From a virus: 64,000 nucleotides of DNA. The position numbers and the translations under genes are program-made. The notes beneath the pieces are model-generated. The model had not been told where the DNA came from and ran no database searches. It worked only from the letters and a program-made list of their open reading frames with translations. The DNA lies in IMG/VR virus record IMGVR_UViG_3300042197_002762, positions 1-64,000 of that record. One strand, written 5' to 3'. Position 1 is the first letter of the stretch. Each line of letters starts with the position of its first letter. Positions 1 to 9,666 of the stretch are shown piece after piece.

Positions 1-8
1 AACAACAA

Positions 9-392
9 ATGCTTATAAACTCTATTGCTTTAGAGTTTGGAGACTTTGAACCTTTCAACTTTGCAAAAGCAATAGAAGCTACTAAGAAGCATACTTGGAA
101 GGGGGAGAGAATACTTTACTCACAAGCTAAACTTAGAAACTTCCTTATCAATGAAGTCATTATTAGAGTAGAAAAGAGTTACTTTACTCTCAATTGTTCG
201 GTAGGTGCTATGGCCTTTATAGAGAGAATGTCTGATTATGCCTGGATAGAACATGGAGTAGGTACTCTCTTGTTAGCAAGCTGTGAAATAGTTGTAAGGA
301 TTGACTTTGATCTAGCAGGTACTACAATCATGTATCCAGTAATTGATCCAAAGTCAGAACAGATCTTAACTAGAGTTCTAATTGCAGAATAA
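9..392 (+). CDS. hypothetical protein
   Basis: 127-aa ORF in a compact co-directional run; no recognised motif. Confidence 0.7.
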   Translation: MLINSIALEFGDFEPFNFAKAIEATKKHTWKGERILYSQAKLRNFLINEVIIRVEKSYFTLNCSVGAMAFIERMSDYAWIEHGVGTLLLASCEIVVRIDFDLAGTTIMYPVIDPKSEQILTRVLIAE

Positions 393-402
393 AATTTAAG
401 CA

Positions 403-645
403 ATGAAAATTACTAAACAACTTCTTAACACTCCATTCAACTCTCAAATACCTATAGATGTTAGAGTAACAAATGGTTATACAAATGTTGTCCTAGCTCT
501 TTGGAAAGATTCTAACTATTGTGAATCAAATACATATCTTCCCAAGTGGCAAGTAGTTAATGCAGAATATTACAATGCTAACAGAGACAAATATGAAGGA
601 TGGATTGATTTAGAAGATCAATTGCCTCCAAAAGAATTTGCTTGA
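403..645 (+). CDS. hypothetical protein, near-identical to the C-terminal part of 2950-3426
   Basis: Shares the segment IDVRVxNGYTNVVLALWKDSNYCESNTYLPKWQVVNAEYYNANRDKYEGWIDLEDQLPPKE. Confidence 0.75.
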   Translation: MKITKQLLNTPFNSQIPIDVRVTNGYTNVVLALWKDSNYCESNTYLPKWQVVNAEYYNANRDKYEGWIDLEDQLPPKEFA

Positions 646-680
646 TTTGTTCTTAAAGTTCCGATATACTCATAGTTGAA

Positions 681-869
681 ATGAAAACTTCAGAACTCAT
701 TAAACAGCTACAAAAAGCCATGGCAGAACATGGAGATATTGATGTTTGCTTTCGAGATACAACAAAAGGTGCCCGAAATGTTGGTAATGTTTCTACTGCA
801 TATCCTTGGAAAGCTGGACAAATGTTAGTGGATGAGGCTGATTCTGTTTTAATGCTTGATATCGAATAA
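681..869 (+). CDS. hypothetical phage protein
   Basis: MKTSELIKQLQK-type small phage ORF; promoter TTGATT-N17-TATACT upstream. Confidence 0.75.
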   Translation: MKTSELIKQLQKAMAEHGDIDVCFRDTTKGARNVGNVSTAYPWKAGQMLVDEADSVLMLDIE

Positions 870-911
870 AAGTTCCGATATACTTTGAACAATGAGTGAA
901 CAAACAATATT

Positions 912-1103
912 ATGAAACCTACCCAAGAAAACCTAGCTATTCTAAAAAAACTAGGCTTTACCTGTGATGAAATCAAAACTAAAAACCCCCTAGATAGAGA
1001 ATGGTATTCTCTAGACAATGGCTGGGGCTTTCGTTTAGATGCCGTTCCAAGCTTTAAACAGCTATTTAAAAATGCCCTAAAGTGGAACAAAGAAGACTTC
1101 TAA
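912..1103 (+). CDS. hypothetical protein
   Basis: 63-aa ORF; promoter TTGATA-N17-TATACT upstream. Confidence 0.65.
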   Translation: MKPTQENLAILKKLGFTCDEIKTKNPLDREWYSLDNGWGFRLDAVPSFKQLFKNALKWNKEDF

Positions 1104-1186
1104 AGGCAAAATAGGGATATACTAGTAGAAAGACCCAAAACAAGGCTAAACCTCTCGTGGGCTTTACCGAATATAACCCCCCCTCA

Positions 1187-1462
1187 AAAAAATCTCTTGA
1201 CCTTCCTAACAAAAACATCTAACATATAAAAACTATGAAAAATAAAACTATTAAACTCACAGAGAGAAATTTCGACATTATCTCCGATGCTCTCGAAGAA
1301 TATGTTGTAGGCGACAAATATTCGGGAATCTTTTCTGAAGATGAAGTCGAAGAAACTTTTTACAAAGTTCAAGATCTTTGGGAAAAAGCTATTCAAGAAA
1401 GAGACGAAAAAATCTCTTGACCTTCCTAACAAAAACATCTAACATATAAAAACTATGAAAAA
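1187..1462 (+). repeat. 56-bp exact direct repeat (1187-1242 and 1407-1462) carrying a sigma70-type promoter and the first codons
   Basis: AAAAAATCTCTTGACCTTCCTAACAAAAACATCTAACATATAAAAACTATGAAAAA occurs twice, 220 bp apart. Confidence 0.95.
1235..1420 (+). CDS. hypothetical protein
   Basis: 61-aa acidic ORF following the first repeat promoter; its stop codon lies in the second repeat. Confidence 0.75.
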   Translation: MKNKTIKLTERNFDIISDALEEYVVGDKYSGIFSEDEVEETFYKVQDLWEKAIQERDEKIS

Positions 1463-1658
1463 GAAAAACCAAGTAGTCCTCGTTACTAAAATCGGTATGG
1501 ATCAAATCGATCTCAAAAATGTCAACATCTTTGAGCTTTTCGATGAACTCATGGAGTCTTATTGCGAGGCTGTTCCGCAAAGCAAATACGAAAAGACCCT
1601 CAAGAAAATTGGCGAATGGGTTGACGAAGCCAGAGAGGGTTATGGTATCAAAAAATAA
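1455..1658 (+). CDS. hypothetical protein
   Basis: 67-aa ORF following the second repeat promoter. Confidence 0.75.
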   Translation: MKKKNQVVLVTKIGMDQIDLKNVNIFELFDELMESYCEAVPQSKYEKTLKKIGEWVDEAREGYGIKK

Positions 1659-1682
1659 CAAAATTAAAACAAAATTAGCATT

Positions 1683-2117
1683 ATGAAGACAGAAAACTAT
1701 TGCAGATGCAGCAAATGCATCGAACAGAAAGAGGAGACCACTCCTGCGAAATCTGAAAACTACTGGCGTGAGCAATACCTGTTCATATACGAAAAGTATC
1801 ACAGGCAGATTGGTGAAAACTCCAAGCAAGCAGATCGAATCGTCCAACTGGAAGCGGCGTTGGACGCCATGGTCGAGGGTGTTGCTCGCAAAACCGACTC
1901 CCAGCAGGCAGAGCGCATCCGCGAGTTGGAAGAGCAACTAAAAGCCGAGCAGGGCGCGAGCCGCGAACTCTACGCCATGTTAGGTCACATCGTGGATTGG
2001 AGTCCCGAACTGCCGTTTTACATGAAGGACCAAAACAAAACGCTGTTCCGAAACGCATTAGCTGCCGCCAGAGAGTTGTTGAGCAAGTGCAGTGGCAAAT
2101 GGGAGGAGGCAGAATGA
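1683..2117 (+). CDS. hypothetical coiled-coil protein
   Basis: 144 aa with heptad-like helical segments; GC-richer than its neighbours. Confidence 0.7.
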   Translation: MKTENYCRCSKCIEQKEETTPAKSENYWREQYLFIYEKYHRQIGENSKQADRIVQLEAALDAMVEGVARKTDSQQAERIRELEEQLKAEQGASRELYAMLGHIVDWSPELPFYMKDQNKTLFRNALAAARELLSKCSGKWEEAE

Positions 2118-2407
2118 GCGACTACAATCATAAATGCCTTGTTCACGAATGCAAAAACCGCATGTGGGGAGGCGAGTTTGTCGGATCATTGTGCAAACCA
2201 TGTTATCTCATGATCGCAACTGGTAATGATTTACCGTCCACGAATTTTATTTCAAAGCTTTTCCGTGAACGCAACCAACTTCGTGAAGCTCTTGAATGTC
2301 TTGTTGACTGGAATCCAAAAGTCGAATACTGGGAACGGGACGAGACTGGATGGAGGTTTGAGGCGGATATGGCGAAGGCGCGGAAAGTGCTGGAGGAGAC
2401 GGAATGA
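2114..2407 (+). CDS. hypothetical protein (Cys-rich N-terminus)
   Basis: Start reassigned to ATG 2114 (GGAGG upstream, ATGA overlap with the previous stop); CxxxxC...CxxC. Confidence 0.65.
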   Translation: MSDYNHKCLVHECKNRMWGGEFVGSLCKPCYLMIATGNDLPSTNFISKLFRERNQLREALECLVDWNPKVEYWERDETGWRFEADMAKARKVLEETE

Positions 2408-2496
2408 GTGAACTACTAATACTATTCTCGCAAGGAGTATTTTATGGCGTTATTGGTGCAATCAGTTATTTGGTTGTTAATAGGATTTTAAAATGA
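2404..2496 (+). CDS. small membrane peptide (30 aa)
   Basis: MSELLILFSQGVFYGVIGAISYLVVNRILK; ATGA overlaps at both ends; not in the ORF track. Confidence 0.55.
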   Translation: MSELLILFSQGVFYGVIGAISYLVVNRILK

Positions 2497-2705
2497 ATAA
2501 AGAAAAGAAAAAAACTAAAATCACTAATTATGATTTACATGATCATAAAAATTACGGATATCTTGAATTTAATGAACCTCCTAAAACTGGCTGGGACTTA
2601 TATATTACTCCAGACTTTACTTTGAACAATGCCAAGCCTGTTAATTGGTTTAATAGAAAGATGCAAGAATTAATTTTAGGATTCAAATGGAAAAGACAAA
2701 AATGA
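2493..2705 (+). CDS. hypothetical protein
   Basis: 70-aa ORF coupled by overlaps. Confidence 0.65.
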   Translation: MNKEKKKTKITNYDLHDHKNYGYLEFNEPPKTGWDLYITPDFTLNNAKPVNWFNRKMQELILGFKWKRQK

Positions 2706-2917
2706 AAAGTAATGCATGTATTAGTATCAATAAAAGAACCACTCTTATGTTCTTTTGCTTTAAAGGTCATTATCTAATAATCTATCCCTTTACTCAATTT
2801 CATTTTAATAAAGGTGCAAAGTATTTTAGTTTCTTTATAGGTAAAAGACTCATTGAGATTCATATTGGTCTGTTTGGTATTTGTTTTGGCAAAGAAATAA
2901 CTGAAAGAAAAGCTTGA
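2702..2917 (+). CDS. hypothetical protein
   Basis: Start at the ATGA overlap 2702; aromatic-rich. Confidence 0.6.
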   Translation: MKSNACISINKRTTLMFFCFKGHYLIIYPFTQFHFNKGAKYFSFFIGKRLIEIHIGLFGICFGKEITERKA

Positions 2918-2949
2918 GTTGTCCTAAAGGTTCCGATATACTTGGAACA

Positions 2950-3426
2950 ATGAAAGAAGACTTTAACAAAACTCCGAGAACTGATGCTCTCTTGGACAAT
3001 CAAGAGTTCGACAATGTTGACTATGATACTAGTTGTCAGCAATTGACTGAGCTTTGCAGAGAGCTGGAAAGAGAGCTCAATGAAGCCATGTTAAATGTGA
3101 GGGAGTGTGAGCTAGAGATCAAAGACTTGACTATTAGGGCCATGGAGGCTGAGAAAAGCTTGGCAGGTAAAATAATCTTAGATAGACCATTTGCTCCAAT
3201 GCCTACTGAGAAGAGCTTGAATTCTCAACATCCTATAGATGTAAGAGTAATAAATGGTTATACAAATGTTGTCTTAGCTCTGTGGAAAGATTCTAACTAT
3301 TGTGAATCAAATACATACCTTCCCAAGTGGCAAGTAGTTAATGCAGAATATTACAATGCTAACAGAGACAAATACGAAGGATGGATTGATTTGGAAGATC
3401 AATTGCCTCCGAAAGAATTACAATGA
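2950..3426 (+). CDS. hypothetical protein: TPRTDA/coiled-coil N-terminus plus duplicated C-terminal domain
   Basis: Promoter TTGAGT-N17-TATACT ends 7 nt before ATG 2950; C-terminus duplicates 403-645. Confidence 0.75.
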   Translation: MKEDFNKTPRTDALLDNQEFDNVDYDTSCQQLTELCRELERELNEAMLNVRECELEIKDLTIRAMEAEKSLAGKIILDRPFAPMPTEKSLNSQHPIDVRVINGYTNVVLALWKDSNYCESNTYLPKWQVVNAEYYNANRDKYEGWIDLEDQLPPKELQ

Positions 3427-3626
3427 AATACAGAATTAAAGCATATCATTACAAAAATTATTCCAGATATATTCCTCAGTGGAGGTTTCTCTGGTTTTGG
3501 AACAATTTTGATGACAGAATATTTGGCTGTATTGATTTTTCTTCTAAAATAAAAGCACAAAAATTTCTTGATGATTATATTGATAAAGCTAACCCTAAAA
3601 TAGAAAATATACCATATGAAGTATAA
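3423..3626 (+). CDS. hypothetical protein
   Basis: 67 aa, ATGA overlap; YIPQWRFLWFW motif. Confidence 0.7.
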   Translation: MKYRIKAYHYKNYSRYIPQWRFLWFWNNFDDRIFGCIDFSSKIKAQKFLDDYIDKANPKIENIPYEV

Positions 3627-3876
3627 ATTCGTAGAAACACAAGGTTGTACAGCATTTGGCTTTACCATTAATGATAAAGACCTAAATGACATTCCAAAAG
3701 CCGAACAAAAAGAAATCGTCGATTATCTTTGCGAAAAGATGAAAGAAGGTCTTGATGATAGCACAGTCTTGTTTTCAGATATTGTTCGCGCTTTTCAAAC
3801 TTCGGATCATGGAAGCGATAACGAGCCTTGCGATCAGTGCGGCGATACAGTCTATTGGGATATTTGGGAACTATGA
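3616..3876 (+). CDS. hypothetical protein with C-terminal CxxC
   Basis: 86 aa ending PCDQCGD. Confidence 0.7.
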   Translation: MKYKFVETQGCTAFGFTINDKDLNDIPKAEQKEIVDYLCEKMKEGLDDSTVLFSDIVRAFQTSDHGSDNEPCDQCGDTVYWDIWEL

Positions 3877-4232
3877 AAGAAGAAATACCAGAAAGTTTTT
3901 GGGAGGCACTTGTTGAAGTGAAAGATAAAGATATTGAAAATGCTAGAGAATTATTTCTAACTGCGATGGAACTTGCCAAAAAGTATAAAGATGAGCGCGA
4001 TGAATTAAAGCTCGCAATTAACGGCATTTGTGCAAAGCTAGGCACAATTCCAGAAAATGTAGTTGATCTCACAGTGCAAATTTTAAAAGTTCTACGCGAG
4101 CGCGACGAATACAAAATCGGACATGATCGTTACGAAAAATTGCGCCGATTAAATCTGCAACAAATTAAAGAATTGTATTTAAAAAACTTGCGAACTGGTG
4201 AACATTTTGATATACTAGTGGATAAGCTATGA
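3873..4232 (+). CDS. hypothetical coiled-coil protein
   Basis: Start reassigned to the ATGA overlap at 3873. Confidence 0.7.
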   Translation: MKEEIPESFWEALVEVKDKDIENARELFLTAMELAKKYKDERDELKLAINGICAKLGTIPENVVDLTVQILKVLRERDEYKIGHDRYEKLRRLNLQQIKELYLKNLRTGEHFDILVDKL

Positions 4233-4274
4233 AACTTGCTTAGATTTTATGTAAATATATATTATAATATAAAT

Positions 4275-5777
4275 ATGAAAGAAGTTGTTGATTCTGCGTG
4301 TGTTGAATTTGCTTATGAATTATTATCAGCCTTACCATATGCTTATAGTTTACATTTAAAAGACCGTTTAGAAAAAACAATATCCGCTTACGATACTTCC
4401 TGTTTATATTTTTTTAGTCCAAATCACACAGAAACAGAATGTGAAAGATCATGGGACAATATGACAAAAGCATGGCAATTAAATATACCAAATATTAATA
4501 TCCATAAAAAAGAATTAGACTGGGAGAACTTCGTCCCACCCCCGTTAAAACAACATTATAAAAAAGATTCAATTAAATTTCAAAAAGAAACATTGGTAAT
4601 TTTTAACAGATATAATTACGAATGGCAAGAACCACCAATTAATTTTTTAGATTTAAAAACTCTTTCTACTTTATTTGATTTATTACAAGACGAATATCAA
4701 ATTGTATACATAAATATTAAGGGACATTCGAAATATTATGATAAGAATACTCCAGCTTTGGATTTAGGAGATGAAGAATTATTAAAAAAATACCCTAAAG
4801 TATTAAGTATTAATAATATACTTTCAGAGTATCCCAATTTAACCTATAACGAAGTTCAATGCAAAATTTTTGCTAATTGCGAGAAATATATATCATCAAA
4901 TGGGGGCCAATTAGTCTTATCTGCATATTTTGGTGGAGAAAATATAATTTTTTCAAAAAAAAGCCAAGAACATAAACCCGAAGTAAATTCTTGGCATCGT
5001 TGGTATCATAAATTAGGCGGTGGAATATTTAAACATGTTAAAACTGAACAGGAGTTAATTAAATTAGTTAAAGAAAAATGGGTTGATAAAAAACCATTAA
5101 TAAATATATTAATAAGAACATCAGGTCGCCCCATTTTTTTTAAAAATTGTATAAATTCTATTTATGAACAAACTTATAGTAATTGGAATATAATTGTTAG
5201 CGTAGATGATGAAGATAGCAAAAAATATGTTCAACCAGAAAAATGCTTAATGATTAAATGTGATTATTCCAGATTAAATAATATAGTCAAACAACAGTGG
5301 TCGAGAATCAGTGGTAATAATACAGAAGATTTTGGATATTTTCACAAAGATTTTGGAAAGTTTTTTGTTTATAATTTATATTTAAATGATTTACAAAAAC
5401 AAGTACAAAAAGGTTATTGTTTAATATTAGATGATGATGTTAAATTATTCTCGCCATTTTCATTAAAAAAGATAGTTGATCAAATAACTAGCGATGACCA
5501 GTTATTAATATGGAAAATAAAATTATTTCATAAAATAGTACCATCAAATGAAAATTTTTATAAGCCACCAGTTGTAGGAGATATAGATTCAGCATGTTTT
5601 TGCTTCCATAATAAATACTGTTTAACTTGGAAACCTTTTAAAAGGGGGGATTTTAGAATTTGTAATCAACTTTACAAAAATATTCCAGAAAAAATATTTA
5701 TAGATGATGTTCTTGTCAGATCACAAAGAAATGATGAGGGGGGAATGGGGAGAAGAGATGATTTACCAACAAAATAA
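4275..5777 (+). CDS. two-domain glycosyltransferase (C-terminal GT2/GT-A domain)
   Basis: INILIRTSGR...SIYEQTYSNWNIIVSVDD and ILDDD (DxD) in the C-terminal half; N-terminal half GT-like but unassigned. Confidence 0.7.
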   Translation: MKEVVDSACVEFAYELLSALPYAYSLHLKDRLEKTISAYDTSCLYFFSPNHTETECERSWDNMTKAWQLNIPNINIHKKELDWENFVPPPLKQHYKKDSIKFQKETLVIFNRYNYEWQEPPINFLDLKTLSTLFDLLQDEYQIVYINIKGHSKYYDKNTPALDLGDEELLKKYPKVLSINNILSEYPNLTYNEVQCKIFANCEKYISSNGGQLVLSAYFGGENIIFSKKSQEHKPEVNSWHRWYHKLGGGIFKHVKTEQELIKLVKEKWVDKKPLINILIRTSGRPIFFKNCINSIYEQTYSNWNIIVSVDDEDSKKYVQPEKCLMIKCDYSRLNNIVKQQWSRISGNNTEDFGYFHKDFGKFFVYNLYLNDLQKQVQKGYCLILDDDVKLFSPFSLKKIVDQITSDDQLLIWKIKLFHKIVPSNENFYKPPVVGDIDSACFCFHNKYCLTWKPFKRGDFRICNQLYKNIPEKIFIDDVLVRSQRNDEGGMGRRDDLPTK

Positions 5778-5821
5778 TTTAAAAATTATTTCTGTTCATT
5801 ATAAAATGGAGCCCGAGCATC

Positions 5822-6532
5822 TTATTTTGACGGCTTGCACTCATTAATTTGTAAATACCTCTTTATTGAACTGATATCAACTGATGTATTAAATATTTTT
5901 GCTAATATTATTCCACAATAAAGTCTAAACTTGTTAATCACTTGTCTCTTGCACTTTTTTTCAAATAAAATTTTGCTGTGTAATACAATATTTATTATAT
6001 TAGAATTTTTGGGAATGTTATGTTGTATAAAATTAAAGTATAAAATATTATAATTAATATTAACGTAATTTTCTTTAAGAGATTCTTCTAATTTTAGCAT
6101 ATTTTCAAAGTTTTTATTATTAAAAATTTCGTCTCTGTAACTTGGTCTATAAAAATAATCCTCATTTATATAAACAAAATATATTTTATTTGAAGAATTG
6201 ATAATCTTTTTAAATCTTTCTATGCGGCGCTCATATTCTTTTATTCCAATTTTTGCATTTTGGTTAAAATGTGCAAAATGAATACCATATTTATTATAAA
6301 ACCTTATTATTTGATCCTTAATATCGGGAATAAAATCTTCAAAATCATTTTCTAAAACTTTCTGAATTTGATCTGGAAAGACAGCAGACCAATCAAACGG
6401 TAATGACATTTTTCGTAAATTAACAAATTGACAACTTAATGCAGACGTGCATCTGTGCCCAAAAGGTACTATATAATAATCTTTATCTGTAATTTTAAAA
6501 TTATTAGGGTTATGTATTATATGAGAAAACAT
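5822..6532 (-). CDS. DUF1796-like putative papain-like cysteine peptidase
   Basis: N-terminal PFGHRCTSA...RKMSLPFDW matches the DUF1796 signature as recalled. Confidence 0.7.
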   Translation of the reverse strand: MFSHIIHNPNNFKITDKDYYIVPFGHRCTSALSCQFVNLRKMSLPFDWSAVFPDQIQKVLENDFEDFIPDIKDQIIRFYNKYGIHFAHFNQNAKIGIKEYERRIERFKKIINSSNKIYFVYINEDYFYRPSYRDEIFNNKNFENMLKLEESLKENYVNINYNILYFNFIQHNIPKNSNIINIVLHSKILFEKKCKRQVINKFRLYCGIILAKIFNTSVDISSIKRYLQINECKPSK

Positions 6533-6534
6533 AT

Positions 6535-7140
6535 TTAAAATGGCATCCCAATATAATAAGAACGACTAGGAGTTATTTCGCCAACTTTTATTAATTTATG
6601 ATTATTAAATAATTTACGAAGGCTTTTCTCGGTATGAACAAACGGATTCTCTTGTTTAAATAAATTTTCTGCATACCAATATGAACATTTAGAACTATAG
6701 GTAGGTATTCTGTAAATACCTTTAAATTCACCAATTTTAACAATTTCATTTTCAATTCCTTCAAAAGAACTCGTGTTTATTAAGTCGTCAAGAACATGAG
6801 TATCTAATATAAATGGAATATCTTTTAATAATTTATTTAATAATAGTTGTTGTTCTAAAGTAAGATGATATAATAATCCTAATACAAATATTGCGTCTTT
6901 ATCTTTATAATTTTGAATTAAAACATTTTCTAGTTTGAATTTACGTTCCTTACCATCTTTTGGTATCCTATCGCGCGCGTCTATATAAGTAACATCAGCA
7001 TCATATAAACTTTGAGCCATATCTCCAGCCCAACCATTTCCGCAAGCAATATCCGCAACACGGCATTTTTGTGATAGACCGAGAAGATGTAAACATTTTT
7101 CAAATGTTAATTTTCGTAATTGTGGGGTATCGTCGGTCAT
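6535..7140 (-). CDS. class I SAM-dependent methyltransferase
   Basis: Motif I VADIACGNGW, acidic post-I motif YIDAR, LGLLYHL. Confidence 0.8.
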   Translation of the reverse strand: MTDDTPQLRKLTFEKCLHLLGLSQKCRVADIACGNGWAGDMAQSLYDADVTYIDARDRIPKDGKERKFKLENVLIQNYKDKDAIFVLGLLYHLTLEQQLLLNKLLKDIPFILDTHVLDDLINTSSFEGIENEIVKIGEFKGIYRIPTYSSKCSYWYAENLFKQENPFVHTEKSLRKLFNNHKLIKVGEITPSRSYYIGMPF

Positions 7141-7400
7141 ATTTCTTTTGGCAAATCAGGAAGATTATCTGGTAAATCGCTAAGATCGTCATCTAAGTTA
7201 TCTCCGTAAAGATATTCTTCCACATCTTTACTTGTGGCTTCTGGAGCATCTATAGCACGAATAAATTTTTTAATATCTCCGTGTTTGCATTCCCATTCTA
7301 CATCTGCTTTTAATAACCATGCAGCATGATCAAACATTTTATGATCATCCGCTATTACAACATATCCAAAATCTATTACTATTCGTTGATATTTTTTCAT
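7137..7400 (-). CDS. hypothetical protein (paralogue of 15804-16016)
   Basis: IDFGYVVIADDHKMFDHA versus LDLYYVVDAEDDHMINHA. Confidence 0.65.
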   Translation of the reverse strand: MKKYQRIVIDFGYVVIADDHKMFDHAAWLLKADVEWECKHGDIKKFIRAIDAPEATSKDVEEYLYGDNLDDDLSDLPDNLPDLPKEI

Positions 7401-7412
7401 TTTTTTTAATTT

Positions 7413-8192
7413 TTAATACGGTAAATTATCTTGCATTTTACATCTTGAGTTATAAATATTAAAAGAATTTAAATTAAGTTTAAATCCATGTATATGTTGA
7501 TACCAATTTTTTCTATTGATTTTATTTAACCACTCAGATTTAGATCTTGTATGTATATGCTTGATCCATACATAATCACTAGAATGTGATAATTGTGGTT
7601 TTCGTGATTTTTTTGGATTTAATGTTTGATGTTCCTCAATACGTCTTCCTTTTTCATCAATATATTTATTTAAACTACTTCCAGCAAAATGAGGATTAAT
7701 ATATGATGTTACAGATTTAGGATTAACTAAAGTTCTTATTTGTCTAGACTCCCAATATTGTTTATATGAAGTAATGGGTACTCTATTCTCAAAAGGCGGA
7801 ATAGCACCATAAAATTTCCAGTATATTGCAAGTCCATCAAAATACCCATGCATTTTCGTCAAAAGATTAATATCTTTAATTATATTATTAGTTTTTGACA
7901 TGTAGTATTCATCAGAATCTATGAATAAAATATAATCATAATAACTATATTTTTTACAAACCGCTGTATATAATTCGGCAAGTATTGGTTTTTTCTGACT
8001 TGTAATTGGTAATATTTTTAAATTTTTAATTTTATTAGATATTTTTTTATCAATATTATTTGAATTAATCATAGTACCATCTAGAAATATTAAAAAATTC
8101 TTAAACCCCATACTTTCATGGTGATCATACCATTCTTCTAAATGGTCTAATTCGCAAGTTAGCATACATATTGCGACATTATAATTTTGCAT
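7413..8192 (-). CDS. glycosyltransferase family 92/GT2-like
   Basis: LEEWYDHH...GFKNFLIFLD and LFIDSDEY (DxD). Confidence 0.75.
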   Translation of the reverse strand: MQNYNVAICMLTCELDHLEEWYDHHESMGFKNFLIFLDGTMINSNNIDKKISNKIKNLKILPITSQKKPILAELYTAVCKKYSYYDYILFIDSDEYYMSKTNNIIKDINLLTKMHGYFDGLAIYWKFYGAIPPFENRVPITSYKQYWESRQIRTLVNPKSVTSYINPHFAGSSLNKYIDEKGRRIEEHQTLNPKKSRKPQLSHSSDYVWIKHIHTRSKSEWLNKINRKNWYQHIHGFKLNLNSFNIYNSRCKMQDNLPY

Positions 8193-8272
8193 ATTAAATA
8201 TTATATTTTATGTATAGATTTTTTTAAAAAATTATTGCTTTTTCTTAAAATTAATGCTACACTATTTTAATA

Positions 8273-9271
8273 ATGAAACTCGCTTCAATAGAAACGATTA
8301 GTGAAATAGTTCCACATAGTGGGGCCGATAAACTTGAGATCGCCAAGATTTTGGGCTGGCAATCTATTGTAAAGAAGGGTGAATTCAAAGCTGGGGACAA
8401 GGTTGTATTTGTAGTAATTGATACTATTCTACCAAATGCACCTTGGTCTGAATTTTTGTCCGATAAGAATAATCCAGAAAAACCAATTCGTTTGCGTACG
8501 GTTAAGTTGCGCGGCGAATACTCTCAAGGCCTTGTTCTTCCACTTTCTGTTCTTCCAGAAAATATTCAAGGTTGGCATGAAAGCGCAGATGTTGGTGGGG
8601 CGCTCAACATTAAAAAGTACGAGAAAGAAATTCCTGCACAATTATCTGGAATTGCGTTAGGTGCATTTCCAACCTATATTTGCGCGCAAACCGATGAAGA
8701 TAATGGGCTTTCGTATCCAGATATTGTTAACGAGGTTCTTAAAAATGAATGGATTACCGTGACTCAAAAATTAGATGGTAGTTCTGGAACAATTATTATT
8801 GAGGACAGGATTATTACTCATGTTTGTAGTCGTCGTTTATCACTAAAAGAAACTGAAGAAAATGCTTTTTGGAAAGTTGCTCGCAAACTGAATTTAGATA
8901 AGCTTGATCGTGGTAGATACGTAATCGCTGGTGAGGTTATGGGTTGTGGAATTCAAGGTAATCAACTTAAGCTAAACGAACCAGAAATTTTTGTGTTTCA
9001 AATAAAATATAAAGATTCTTTTTATAATTATTTAGATATGGTATATGAATGCAAGTACAATTTAAATTGTAAATATGTGCCACATATAGAAAATTTTAAT
9101 ACAATAACTCAAAAAGTTAATATTGATATGCTGCAAGATTTGGCAGATAAACAGGTTTTACCATGCGGTAGCCCAGCAGAAGGTATCGTTGTTCGCCCTT
9201 TAGATTATAAAAGTGCTGGTAATGGTCGCCCACTTAGTTTTAAAATCATTAATAGAAACTTTAAAGATTGA
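8273..9271 (+). CDS. RNA ligase (Rnl2/DRB0094-type) with N-terminal OB/tRNA-binding domain
   Basis: N-terminal ADKLEIAKILGWQSIVKKGEFKAGD; motif I KLDGSS; GEVMG; EGIVVR; FKIIN. Confidence 0.9.
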   Translation: MKLASIETISEIVPHSGADKLEIAKILGWQSIVKKGEFKAGDKVVFVVIDTILPNAPWSEFLSDKNNPEKPIRLRTVKLRGEYSQGLVLPLSVLPENIQGWHESADVGGALNIKKYEKEIPAQLSGIALGAFPTYICAQTDEDNGLSYPDIVNEVLKNEWITVTQKLDGSSGTIIIEDRIITHVCSRRLSLKETEENAFWKVARKLNLDKLDRGRYVIAGEVMGCGIQGNQLKLNEPEIFVFQIKYKDSFYNYLDMVYECKYNLNCKYVPHIENFNTITQKVNIDMLQDLADKQVLPCGSPAEGIVVRPLDYKSAGNGRPLSFKIINRNFKD

Positions 9272-9666
9272 GCAAAGTAATCACAGTTGATTTTGACGAC
9301 ACGCTCGCTGTTACTTCGTCAACAGCTTGGGGTGGAACTACGCTCGTGCCTGTAGAACGTATTGTCAATTTTGTTAAATCAAAAATTGATTCTGGATTTG
9401 AAGTTTACGTTGTTACATTCCGTAATTGGGATAATAAAAAAGAAGTGGTTGACTTTTGTAATCGTCATCGTATTAATATTAAAGATGTCGTTTGCACAGA
9501 GGGGAAAACTAAAACAGAATTTATTAAGAAATTAAATAGTTCTTTACATATTGATGATCATATTGAAACTTGCACACTTCTCACAATGGCCGGAATTGAA
9601 GTCTTGCTTGTTGATTGGAATCAAGAAGAAAATAATCTAATGGCACAATTTTTTAATAAGATATAA
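9268..9666 (+). CDS. HAD-superfamily phosphatase
   Basis: Motif I VDFDDTL, motif II VVTFR, motif IV HIDD; TTG start overlapping the ligase stop. Confidence 0.8.
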   Translation: MSKVITVDFDDTLAVTSSTAWGGTTLVPVERIVNFVKSKIDSGFEVYVVTFRNWDNKKEVVDFCNRHRINIKDVVCTEGKTKTEFIKKLNSSLHIDDHIETCTLLTMAGIEVLLVDWNQEENNLMAQFFNKI

